Shown here in pieces: positions 52,611 to 64,000 of a DNA stretch of 64,000 nucleotides. Positions within the stretch are counted from its first letter, which is position 1. Each line of letters starts with the position of its first letter. The stretch comes from Gracilinanus agilis (Eukaryota), in assembly GCF_016433145.1 (NCBI RefSeq), contig NC_058131.1, positions 110,297,068-110,361,067 of the forward strand. Reading direction: 5' to 3'. The position numbers and the translations under genes are program-made. The notes under the pieces are model-generated. The model ran no database searches and was not told the DNA's origin. It worked only from the letters and a program-made list of their open reading frames with translations.

Positions 52611-53049
52611 ATCTTTAGATTGGTTGAGACCACTAATCTATTTAACTATTTGAATATACTCTTTCAATAGACTGAATTTAATACAAAAATATCCATGATT
52701 TAATACTATACTTATCCAGAAAAAATAAGCGTTTTTAAGTTAGAAGGTGAAAGGATCAAAAACAGTGAGAAAGTTAACCTTGATATATAATACAGAATGG
52801 ATATCTTCCCATGAAATGATCTGTAGAGTAAAGTCATCTATCCCAGGCAAATAATGCTAATTCAGATATATGAAGGGTTTGATGAATGCTTCCTCTGGGG
52901 CAGTGTAGGGGGCATGGGTCTCTACCCATGGGAACTACATTTACCATCTCTTCCTCCCCAATCCTACTCCCAGACCAACAAATACAAGTCTGATTCATCT
53001 GTCCAAGACTTCATATTCCTTTGAGCTACTGAGTTAAATGGCATAGGAG

Positions 53050-53265
53050 ATATAAGGGAGGGAAAGACAAGATAGACAGACAGAAGACAGAGACAGTGAG
53101 AGACAGAGATGGGGGGGGGCACAGTTAGAAATAGACCGAAACATAAAGAGAGGAACACAAAGATAGAGATATAGAAAGATAGAGATAGTGCCAGAAGTAG
53201 AGAAACAGAGAGATAAATACTGAGAGACAGTTAAAGACAGAGACAGACAGACAGACTTTTGAAGT
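53050..53265. repeat. GA/GACA/GATA low-complexity polypurine tract
   Basis: Degenerate gagaca/gataga units. Confidence 0.85.
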
Positions 53266-53395
53266 GATGGAGGAACAACCATGGGGGGAATGACTGGCTT
53301 ATCAATAAGTTCCTGAGGCAAGACTCATAGAGTAGGTGAAGCTTATTGTTCCTTTGAACAAACTTGTTGGCATTGTGTGGGTAAAGTTAGGCATT

Positions 53396-53470
53396 CAGGG
53401 TTTGACAACACCAGAGAATTCACTGCGTGTCTTCGACCTTGTAGCTGAATCTTTCTGGTGTTCTTTCCTG
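53396..53470 (+). ncRNA. Candidate pri-miRNA-like hairpin (unverified)
   Basis: Hand-folded stem of ~31 bp including 21 pairs (53407-53427 with 53440-53462) broken by only two 1-nt bulges; no known miRNA recognised. Confidence 0.3.
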
Positions 53471-56400
53471 GTTTTTCCCATTATTTTCTCAGGGATGTGA
53501 CTGACCCTTGCCAGAAGGTATATGTGAAGATTGCCTTCACTGTTGCTTTTTTATCATTTAGTCCTAATTAAATATTTTTTTTCTTTTAAAATACACATTC
53601 CTCACCTTCCTCCTCTTGCTAAAGAGATGAGGTACTCAATTTACACTGTAAGAAACTCCTGCAGATTGGCTATGTTTAAATATCTATTTTGATGCTGTTG
53701 TCATTGTTATTGATACACTGAATGGTTATATGGGGTGAAAAGGAAATAAGAACAGTATAAAAAATTGGAATAATAAAAAGAATTTCAATTAATTAATTAA
53801 AACCATACTCTTTTCTGATCTGTTAAAAGAGGTTTCTAACTGAGGTGTAATAAAGACCAGAGCCCATGGAGGTACACATATCTAAAAATGCCTCACATTG
53901 AACCCTGTATTCTCTGGGATTCAGGAGTTGAGCACAATTTAAATGTAAAGTAATGTGTATTTTACAAATTTTAAATTACATATATTTCATAATATGGTAT
54001 TACTAACTAATCTATAATTTTTGTCACAGTGAAATTCTACATATTGTTTGGATTTGATGTTCGTTAAGAATGTCACTATCCATTTATCTTCCTAGGTTAC
54101 CTTTCTACTTTTTAAAATTCGTAAAGTGGTGTCATGCATTCTTTTAAAACAACATAACTCATAGCAGCTATGTAAAATATCTATAATGAGATGGAAAATA
54201 TACAAAAGTATCAAATATATAGAGTAAAAGTCCAGAGTATAATAATGATAATAAAAATACATTCTCTCCTAGACTCAGAGAACTTACATTACATGTGGAG
54301 TCTCAGGTAATTGGTACCCAGAAGGGAATATATGTGCTGGCTGAATTGTTCTGAAAATATCACCACCCTGCTGACCAATTCACAGAATGGCATTGATAGC
54401 ACACTCAGAGGAGGTCACTAAGCTTTACCATGTAGCTAGAGGAAAGATGTTCCAGGAAGAGGGGTAGAGAAATGTGGTGATTTTAAAAGGGCAGAAAGGT
54501 AATCAAGAAGGGAAGGTGGACTGTACCTTATGTAGACACCCCTGAGGCCACCCACCACCCAAACCAAACAGCAAGAACAGACTCATCAGGCAAGGGATGG
54601 GATTTAGACAATTTAAGACCAATTCACAGATGAGTGCCTCTGCAGGAGACACTGTTTAATCCTAAAGATGGGCACTTGTACTATCCTATGGAAGTATGCA
54701 ACACTATACATCCTCACAGCTCTCAGTCAAAAAATGAAACGTGCTTTAAAATAGGTCAGAGCTGAATGACAGCTCTCAAGAGCTTAACAGTACATGATAC
54801 ATATAAGACAAAAATAAGGCTGCTCACAGAAAAATCCAAATACTCATTTTAAAAAGAATCCCATTGCTGAAATGGCACCATAAAAGATAAGAAATTATTA
54901 CATAATTATTTTTGTTAATTGAGAAAAAAGCACATTTAAAATTTTTGGTCACTTTTAATTTACTCATGTATTCATTTAAGTCACTGTGTGCAAAGCCCTG
55001 TATGGCATTATTAGTAACAAGCATAACACTTAGAATCATAGGACTGAGAATCTAGCTCTGAAAGGGACCTCAAAGGTAACTAGTCCTATTCTTTCATTTT
55101 ACAGATGCAACTAAGGGCCAGGCAGGCTAAGCAACTTCCTCAGACTTATGGTTATTGATAATAAAATATCAGAGGCATGATGTTTTTGTTTTGGTTGTGA
55201 TATCCCAATAAGTCCAGTACAAGAAATATTGATTAGACACTTGTCACATGCAAGATGCTTTGCAAGGTGATAGTGATAGGAAGACACACCAGAAACCCCA
55301 GATCTCTTTGTCTTCAAGGAGAATACATTCTACTAGATATTTATGATGTCAACATGTTATAAAAGTTCTCACACAAAAAAAACTTTATCACTAAGAAAAA
55401 ATTATTGAGAAAATAGATAACTTATGAGAGTGAATTACTAACTGCCTAACTAGCTAATAGATTTTAAATTTTTCTTTATATGCTTACATTTTCCATTATT
55501 TTCTTTGGCACATTATTTGACATAGCCATTTTTATTTGTTCATCAAAGTTACAATTGGGAAGGACAGAAGGAGAGGGAGAAATGGTTGAAATCATGTCAC
55601 ACCTGAGCTTATCAAGGCTTCTTTTATAGATGTTCATGCTTCTGCACCAATTGATTCAATCTGGATATAATCCTGGGAAATTATCTACAGAGTAAAATGT
55701 TTTGTTGTAGTTGTAGTTTTTACTATATCCCTATGAAGTTTTTTACTTAATTTGTCAAACAGAATGCTACCAATGGCAACTGTTGAATAACAATGGAATT
55801 TTACTTTACATTATTTATTGGGAAAATGTTAGAATTTATTAAATGAAGCATTATTGAATTTATTCCTTTCCCAAATGTAATTGAAATAACAAATACCTTT
55901 ATCTGAATGGCCAGATTGGTACTATCCATTTACATATGTACATACTTAAAATATGTTTTAGTGTTAGAGTATATTTTTGTAAAAAAAAGATAAAGTAATA
56001 GATAGTTTTTATGTTTCCAAAAAGAAACAGCAAGTAGTTTGAAAGTTGCAGTGCTCTACATGGGAGAGAAAAAGGAAATCTTTTTCATTGGAGGTTTGAA
56101 GGATTTTAAGAAAGTATTATTTTTTCCAAAATTATATCCTTTGCAAGGAAGCTGTGAAAAATTAGAAAAAACTAACTTCATTTCATATGGAAGGCCACTA
56201 ATTGATTATTTTTAGAGTTTTCATTTTCTAACATAGGAATTATAAGTCCCTCCATATTATTGCTTTATATTTAACCTAATTCTGTTTAGGGAATTTTTAT
56301 TACATGCCATTTTTGATGTTAAGTAATGTTACCATTAAGATATTAGTCAAAAATTTCCCAAAGTTATTAAAAAACACTTTATCATGACAAGTTCACAATG

Positions 56401-59249
56401 TTCACATTTAATTTTATGGTTTAAAAATACCCTAAAACTCTTATCACCATCATGAACCTTTATTATTTAGCTCCACACTGTGGAAAGCTCTTCATGTAGA
56501 ATGTAGAGAAACTAAACAATTCACCTTCAAAAAACTTTCAATGTAAGTCTGAACAATTGCCAGGCTTGTGTACCCTCTTAAGTAAGTTTCTCTGAATAGA
56601 AATAAAATTAACTTCTAAAATTGGTCAATGAATCATCAGTCACCAACTTACTTGTGGATGAATTCTAGATGTATTTCTTTGAAAAATCATGTCTCTTAAA
56701 TGCTAGACTATGAAATATCGAACCTTTTCCTATTAAGTTTTCTGTTAAATTGAAGCACATTTTCTGACTTATATGTGTGTATATACACACACACACATAT
56801 TCATATAGTAAAGTCACTGGTTTATTTAAAGAAGAAATAATGATTTTCTACATCAGGAAAAAAAAGAATAATGAGATTTTAAATTTTAACCATATTTTGG
56901 GTCTTGTTTGATTTTTCCAAGGTTTTAAAAAAGTGAATGAGACAGTAGGGGTTGGGAAAATGTTCATTTGGCTGCTCAGAACTGTGGCTGGGTGCTGGGA
57001 CCCTTCAAACACAGCAGCAGCTGAGCCAGTCTATGACTGCTGTATCCATTCCAAAAAGTGGCTGGCTGGGAAAGGACATTCCTGCTCCCAGTTTACCTGA
57101 GCCAAGAACAGAAAGGAAGAGGAATTACTAAGACCTTGCAATTCTTCTTTTCTGTTTTGCCATGTGTGTTGTGGATATAGTGTCCAATAGAATAAAAAAA
57201 AGAATGCTGGGAGAATTTTATCTTTTAGTAGCCCAATTGCATATTTGCATCATTTCACTGGAAGCTGCAGAATGTCTAGGTTTTCTGTTTTTTAAGTCTC
57301 AGGAACTAGAAAAATTTGTCTTTGCCTAAGCTTTCTTTGAGGATCAGGAGTAAAAAATTGTGTTTCCAAATAATTACCATATGTTTCAAATATAAACTAT
57401 GTACAAAGTTGGGGATTGAATTTTTTTTTGGAGTGGGGAGGACTATTGAGATTTAATTCTGTTCTTTAACAGACATGTTTCAAAAAGCCCAAACACCATA
57501 ATTTAAAGAATTTATGAAGATAAATATATGACCATAGTCCTATAAAACAAATCCTCTAGGAGAGTTAAAATTAGGGAGCAGCACCATGGTAATAGCTTTA
57601 GCTAAAGTCCATTGCTATTGAGGTATATTTTGATGGCCATTACAGATGACCATAAAATAGATACCACCATTTAACTGCTACACTGATTTTTTTCTTTTTT
57701 GCATCTTTCAAATCCTTTACCAAAAATGCTCATACTACAGGGAGAGGTAACACATTTTCATCAATTTATACCACTACTAAAAATTAGTTTATTAGTTCAT
57801 TACCTGTATGACAAGCAGCTGAAATCACTGAGGAAATGGAAGTTTTGAATTGAAGGTAAAATTTTGAGCATGAGAAGGTAACCCAGAGAGAGATGTCACA
57901 GTTCTCTAAGCAGTAAGAATGCTTAATGTGGTCAGTGGGAGTTGTGGCCCTAAAGACTACTCTAAGTAAAGAGGAGCATAAGGAAAATAATTTATAGAAG
58001 GTGACTACTTCACCATTTTTCCTAGAACTGGCTCCAAATGATGAATATTCAGACAGTAATTTGAAAGGAAGTGCTATTGAAATTAGCCTCTAATGTGCAG
58101 GTATTTCAGCTGTCACAAAGACATACTAGAAATGAAAGATGACAAAATGCAAAGGCCTTCTATAAGTTTATCAGAAGTTCATTAGATGTATCATAACTAC
58201 TTGATTTAAGAAAAAGTTTCCCCAAATAAATCAGCATATGTCCATGGTGAGACCTATTGCAGAAAATACATACAATCATAAATCCTATATATTATCTTTC
58301 AACTTCAGTTCAGTTTCTAAGGTATTTTCTAGAAATCAATGGCTTTATTTTCATAAGCTTTTAACAAAGGGAAAAAAGAGAGGAGAGTAAAATTGTAATG
58401 AGGAAGTTGAATAGTGCCAAGGTCAAGTAAAAGCTAACAGATTTCTGCTGTACCATTTATATTCCCTCATCTTGTCTTCCTTGTGTCTTTGTGGCATTTT
58501 AAAGAGAAAGATGTCTGTGGTTAGGGCCTTTCCCCTATGTTTAGTCAGCTACTTATATAGGGATCATAATCAAATATATAAACTAAACCTTGCTCTTGTC
58601 ATCTTAGATAAGGGGACCAGATACAAATTGAAAACTGTTCAATTTGTTTATAGGGAATATCTTATCCTTTGGGAGAATCTAGTTTAACAAGAAGCAAGAC
58701 ATATACTTTTCCTAAAGCTTAAAAAATCATCAAGCATATACTTTTGGCCACTTCATTATTTCTAATATTTAATATAACACTTAATTTGTATTAACATATA
58801 CAATTCTTAATAAGGTAAATATGGCTCTGATTATGACATGAGACTGAAAGGTCATTCCACCAAATCAATCAATAGATATATCTTGGGATTATATCCTGGG
58901 ATCAGAAATATGTAGGAAAGAGATAGGACTAGATCATCTTTGGAAAATAATACAATTTTTCAATGATGATAAATTTCCTGGTCCTCCATAAACCTATCAC
59001 TTTAACAGAAATATTCTCCCAGTTATACCTGGGAATTATGAAATAGGAGCATCTCAGTAGAAAAATACAATGGAAAAACACATAGTGAGGACAAGTAGGT
59101 CATATCATAATATTGTTGACAAATTGAGCACCCAAAAAGCCATATAAAAGGGACACATGACTAGAAAGTGAGATGAATCAGTTTGAAATATCAAGAATGG
59201 AACCAATAGATGAATAACCCAATAGGTATATTCTAACCTTAACATTTTT

Positions 59250-59383
59250 TAAAAAGGAGGAATAAGAAGAAGAAAAGGAGGAGGAGAAGAAGGAGGAGGA
59301 GGAGGAGGAGGAGGAGAAGGAGAACGAGAACAAAAAGAAGAACAAGAACAAGAACAAAAAGAAGAACAAGAACAAGAACAAGA
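59250..59383. repeat. Compound GAG/GAA/AAGAAC purine-rich repeat
   Basis: gaggaggag.., aagaacaagaac.. runs. Confidence 0.9.
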
Positions 59384-59699
59384 GGTTTATTGGGTTGGTG
59401 CTCTTATGGAAGATTTTTTGGGAAAATATGAAGAATTACACATGAGGAAGAATGCAGGGGGTTCCTTGTACATAGGAGAAGAAGCATTAACAAATGAAAC
59501 CAAAGATCTATCAAAGCAATAAAAACATAATTATTATAGAGTCTTGGAAAAGATACAAAGTACACTATTTACTTAGAACCATTAAACCTTAAACAATGAA
59601 GCTCCTGTTATTGGTTCATCAAGGGAAATGAAAAAGATATTAGGATGATTTTTAAAATTCCTTAAAGGAAGAGACTAGGTACAGTAATTAGTAGTTTGG

Positions 59700-60400
59700 T
59701 TAGACTAAGGAACTCCCAGATGAGGAAATTTCCTTAATCAATGAAGGTTGGTACCCTCTCTGACAGTTATAGTCATAGAGAGTTTCTCTTTACCTTTAAT
59801 CTTATTTGTAATCTTGTCCTTTAAAAGAAAAAAAACATATCCAAATTAACATTATTAGTTTTAATTGAAAATTACATTTTTCTGAGGGGTTGGGGTAAGG
59901 GAGGAGAAAAGACAGCAATTGGAAAAGTAGGGCCTAGAAATTTCAGCTTTTCATTAGTGTGGGTAGGTTCTACCAGGGAAGATTTCATAAAGAAAGTGAA
60001 TTTTAAGGTAAACTTTGATAAAAAGCTTGATAAAAGCATTAATTGGGCAGGAGAAAAAAGAGTTTTTTAGCTATGGAGAGCAGTAGGCTTACAGATTTTG
60101 TGTATTATAAATTTTACTTTCTTTGAAGCTATGTGTGGTATGTCAAAGATTAAATCATTTTTAGTGGTACTTTTGGTTTCCTCAGCTGTAGGAATGATGG
60201 AAAGTTCATGATCATAGCATCATAGACAAGGAGTTGGCAGGGACCTTAAATCTCACTTAGTCTAGTCTTCTCATTTTACACATGAAGAAACTGAGGTTTA
60301 GAGAAGTTACAACTTGCCTATGATAACAAAGTAAGAGACAGTGAAGATTCAAGGTCTGACCCTCTAACTTTAAGATCAGCACCTTTCCCATAGCACCACT
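59700..60400 (-). mobile_element. WALLSI4-like fragment (59700-59790) and MIR3 (60210-60400)
   Basis: gaactcccagatgaggaaatttcc..gtcatagagagtt; catagacaaggagttggcagggacc..tgaagaaactgagg. Confidence 0.6.
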
Positions 60401-60742
60401 TCCTCCTAATTTAGTTATAGATTCATTTTTGAATATCTAATCACATTTAATGATTTTATGAACATATATATCCATATATTATATACATACATGTGTGCAC
60501 ATATGTGTATATTTATTATATTTTGATCTAATCCAGCTAAGAGGAATAACTTTTTGCAGTTTCATCATTTAGAATATTTTAATGACTAGATTAGACAGGC
60601 ATTGCACCAATGTGATCAATAGGCAACTAAACTTAATGGCTTGGCCAATTCACTAAGTAAATGTGAAGTTTATTTAACTTGAACTGTAAAATACTCTATT
60701 CAGTAATATACATAAGTAGGATAACATATATACATATGGGCA

Positions 60743-60805
<63 letters not shown>
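60743..60805. repeat. (TA)9(TG)23 compound microsatellite
   Basis: Direct reading. Confidence 0.95.
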
Positions 60806-60808
<3 letters not shown>

Positions 60809-61980
60809 TGAATGGTGATAAAGAAGATAAAAGTTTCAGGGAAAGATTTTGAGGCTTTTCAATACTCCTTCCCGATTTAAAAAAAAAATGGTTGTTTGCC
60901 ATCAACATGGTGGTTATCAATAGAAATTGGGCATGTATGGGAGAAGTTTTTAAATAAATGAGGCCATAACCCCAGAATTTTTCTGCCATGTATTAACCTG
61001 AACTTTGTCATAAATCCTTCCTGAAGAGGATTTACAAGGATACTTGCATTAATCATAGTAGTGGTCCTTGAAACCTGGTAAGCAAATCAAACTCAACCAA
61101 GATAATAAATAAGTGAGGAATTGTATATGGATCTCTTCATTTACACCTGTGTTTTAAAATATTTTCTTTAAAGTTTGTAAACGAAATAATACTTGCTAAG
61201 GGTCAAAATAAAACACTTTACACTAACCTTTCACGGGTTTGTCATTTACTAGCCAGGCTCTAGTTGCCAACACTAGCAGGAGCTTTCCCTGAGCTCGGTG
61301 CTAGTTGAGATAGAAATATTTTTTAATAGCAAAGTCTTGTTTTTCTCGCCAGAACTGGGGAAACTGGGAAGGGGAAGAATGACACAAATGTGTTTAATTT
61401 CCTTAGATAAACAGATTTTATTTTGTGGCCTCGGTGGGCATGTGGGCGCCCCTCGGACGGGTTGCCATCAGTGGAGTATGAGGCTTTCAAAAGAAAGGCA
61501 GAACTTTGCCCCTTCCTCAAGTCCGAAGGTGACGGCGGCAGCGGCAACAGTGAACTTGGCCGCCAAACACAGGGCCAGCACCTGGGAAAGGGATTGGGGA
61601 GCAAGAACCGCATTTTCCGGGGAGTTTCTCTCCCCGCCACAGAGGAGACTGTAATGAAGTGGGAAAGAGGAAAAAAAAAAGCCAAAAAAAAAAAAATCCT
61701 CCTCCTCCTCTTCCAGTCACTGCACCTCAGTCTGAGATTTGGGTGTTATTTTACCTGTATTTATCAAAACCACCACCACCGCCCTCGCCCACCACCCACC
61801 AGCCTGTGTGCCCAAGCAAAGCAGCTGCCAACACTCCAGAAAGAGTGAAAGAGAGAGCAAAAGAGAGAAAAACAAACAAATAAATAAATAAAAGAGAGAG
61901 ACAGAGAAAAGAGGGAGAGGGAGAGAGGGAGAGACTGAGACAGAGACAGCTGCAGGTTCAATTAGCTAAACAAAGAAATC

Positions 61981-62090
61981 ATGGCGGATTGTTTACATTT
62001 CGCAGACCCAAGGCAGAGTGGATTTCGGAGTCCAAAGATGCCGCGGTCCCCAAAGGAGTTTGCGGACCTGGCCCCCTCGCCCTGGCCTGG
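61981..62090 (+). CDS. Putative first coding exon of an unidentified gene (MADCLHFADPRQSGFRSPKMPRSPKEFADLAPSPWP, phase 2)
   Basis: Strong Kozak atcATGG, in-frame second ATG at 62038 (aagATG), open to consensus donor TGG|GTAAGT at 62090/62091. Could instead be non-coding 5' UTR. Confidence 0.4.
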
Positions 62091-62344
62091 GTAAGTGATT
62101 CCAGAAGAGAGCGGGGTGAGCAGAGCTGCGAAAGCCAGCCTCCCCTCCCCTCCCCTCGTCTTCTCTCCTTTCCCCTCCTCCCCTCCCCTGCGCTCTACTC
62201 TCCCCCCGCCCCCCCCTCCACCACCTCCCTGGCCCTCGCCGCCCCCTCTCGAGTGACTCCCCCCACCCCCTCCCCCTGCCCTCGGCGCAGCTGGGCTTCT
62301 TTTGGATTGGGGAGCATCTCTGGCTCAGAGTCTTTTGAAGCAGC

Positions 62345-62430
62345 TGTGGGGGGGTGGGGAGTGGGGGGAAGAGGGTGGTTGGGGGCGGCGCAGGGTTGGG
62401 GCAGCGATATGAGGAGGCTGGGGGGCCCTC
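62345..62430 (+). other. G-quadruplex-forming G-tract cluster
   Basis: Six or more runs of 3-7 G within ~60 nt. Confidence 0.7.
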
Positions 62431-63940
62431 CCTCCAGTCTGCCTGTCCCTCCCACCCCTCCTCCGCCCTGAGGTTAAGCCCTGTTCCTGGCACTTGAAGG
62501 CCCCTCGGGTCCCTGCTGCGTTCTCTGCCCGCTCTTCTTGCTCTGCCTCGCCAGGTAGAGAGAGCAGGGGATCCTGAGGTGGGGACATGGTGGCAAGCTA
62601 GCGAAGAGCAGCAGGACAGTGCAACTCCGGGAATCTGGGACTGGAAGGCTGAAGGATTAGGGCGAGGGTGGAGGTGGGCACTGGGGCATAGGAGACTGCT
62701 CCTAGCTTCAGGGTCAAAAGGCCTTGTTCTGATTGGTTGCGTTGTTTCCTCCTGCCCATACTTCCCTCCCCCACAATTCCCGGGAGAGCATCTCCCTCTC
62801 TCTGGTCAGCAGTGGGGCAGCAGAGACACTGAAGAAGAAGCTCTTTCCAAAAGAGTGTCCTTGTTCAAACCTGGACCTTAGGGTTTATTTTGCTCTGGCT
62901 CCCCAAGTTTCCTTGGTGGTACCTCCTTAGTTTAGGGCAGAGGAGTTAGGGATGGGGGTAGCCCCCAGACGAACAACTGCAGAAGAATTTTCCATTCTTG
63001 TCGTATTTGTTTTAGGGATGACTCCAAGTCACTGATAGGGAGGTAGGCTGCTGAGGAGGTAGATAGCAGTACTGCACCGTACTGGCGCATCTAGTACAAC
63101 AAAGAAGACCATCTATTTCCCCCAAAGTAGCTGTTCTCTTTTCTGGGAACCCCCCCTCTTATGTACCCCAGGAAGCCAGGTGATAAGTTTCATTTGTGGA
63201 CTAGAAAACAAAACCCAGTTGAATCTATTCACCTCCAAATAAAGGTGTCCTTTCCCTCCTTCTGGCTCCACTCAAGTGAACAGCTGCCCTACCAGAAAAG
63301 CTTCCATGACCTGGATCCATTTGGTGACCTGGCCATTACCCTTTTTTTCCTCCTCTTTCCCTTCACTTTTCTGGTCCAGTTTGTTTGATCAGCTAAATTC
63401 TCTGTCTCTTACATCTGAGCCCTATCTTTCCATTCCAAAGGGGCTCGGGGCATCTAGGTAGCTGGCTAGGCACAGTATTGGTTAATACAGGACTCGACAA
63501 GACCAATTTGTAGATTTGTAGTTTTGCACCAGCTGGTGAAGGATAGGGCAAGGGGAAAAAGGATTCCCTCCCATCCTACTCCCCCTTGAATCACTGACCA
63601 CAGATTACATTTACCTTATTGATTGACACTAGAGTCCTTACTACAGTGAACTGCTTTATGAAGTATGTAGAAAAATACTGCTATTAAGAGAATTCTCTTC
63701 TGCATCATAATTGCTGTTGTAATTATTATATCATCATTATTAAGTAAGGGTTATTTAAATGAATTATTTTGTGCCTTCTAATTCTTATTAGCCACTGTGA
63801 AGAAAGGCACACCCAGAATATTGTGTATTCAGCTGTTCTTCTCTGCCTTCCTCTTCTTCAAACCAACCAATCCTGGCAAGCATCATTACTTCTCTGGGCA
63901 TCAATTTCTTCACTTATAAAATAAAGAGATTGAAATAGAT

Positions 63941-64000
63941 CAAGGGTTTTTAATCTTTTTTTTTATCATGAATCTTTTTGCCCAACTGTTGAAGCCTATA
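63941..64000 (+). mobile_element. Charlie4-like hAT MITE 5' end (runs off window) in a MIR3
   Basis: caagggtttttaatc..ctgttgaagcctata, same family as 30908-31093; preceded by aaatagat. Confidence 0.55.

Larger units (their letters stand above)
61270..62900 (+). promoter_or_regulatory. CpG/GC-rich promoter-like region
   Basis: Abrupt rise in GC and retained CpGs against a CpG-depleted background, no TEs, GA-rich leader 61838-61950, ATG-containing exon with strong donor, C-rich and G-rich first-intron tracts. Confidence 0.8.

Noticed and set aside
53400-53465. Similarity to miR-138 (ctggtgtt/acaacaccag) and miR-183 (agaattcactg)
   Set aside because: Arm order is opposite to miR-138 and neither seed/5' end is present; treated as coincidence
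57579-57607. REST/RE1-like cagcaccatgg and 12-bp palindrome ctttagctaaag
   Set aside because: Right RE1 half-site is missing; 12-bp palindromes are expected by chance in 64 kb
59178-59381. F/L/S-rich ORF; also ER/SL ORFs at 41442-41737 and HT/CV ORFs
   Set aside because: Translations of microsatellites
61298-62588. Overlapping 66-166 aa ORFs on both strands in the promoter region
   Set aside because: Low-complexity P/G-rich products typical of GC-rich DNA; 61989..62471 reads through the consensus donor and starts at a non-ATG codon
1-64000. CRISPR array, rRNA, operon-like gene cluster
   Set aside because: No regularly spaced repeat-spacer units or rRNA similarity; the sequence is mammalian intergenic/intronic DNA

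Overview
AT-rich, repeat-dense mammalian DNA. The SINE1_Mdo-type, MAR1, WALLSI4-type and young L1 repeats point to a didelphid marsupial, most likely Monodelphis domestica (inference from recalled repeat consensus, not a database search). About 1-50 kb is mostly layered L1, L2, CR1/L3, RTE, MIR-family SINEs, hAT and Tigger fossils and one probable solo LTR. There are two N gaps (5405-5746, 6607-6878). About 50-61 kb is comparatively poor in transposable elements (TEs). It leads into a CpG/GC-rich promoter-like region (~61.3-62.9 kb) containing a + strand exon with a strong-Kozak ATG at 61981 and a textbook donor TGG|GTAAGT at 62090/62091. I could not identify the gene. No complete protein-coding gene, tRNA, rRNA or CRISPR array is supported, and almost all ORF-track entries look spurious. 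Best leads: (1) a pri-miRNA-like + strand hairpin at 53396-53470; (2) a hAT element interrupting an L1, with a GC-shifted interior that may be cargo or misassembly; (3) a local inversion breaking a Tigger1; (4) a perfect 56-bp palindrome; (5) degenerate mariner-like and possibly PIF/Harbinger-like transposase remnants. I see no clear evidence of a wholly new multi-gene system. Repeat boundaries are approximate (tens of bp) unless a target-site duplication (TSD) or terminal inverted repeat (TIR) is quoted.
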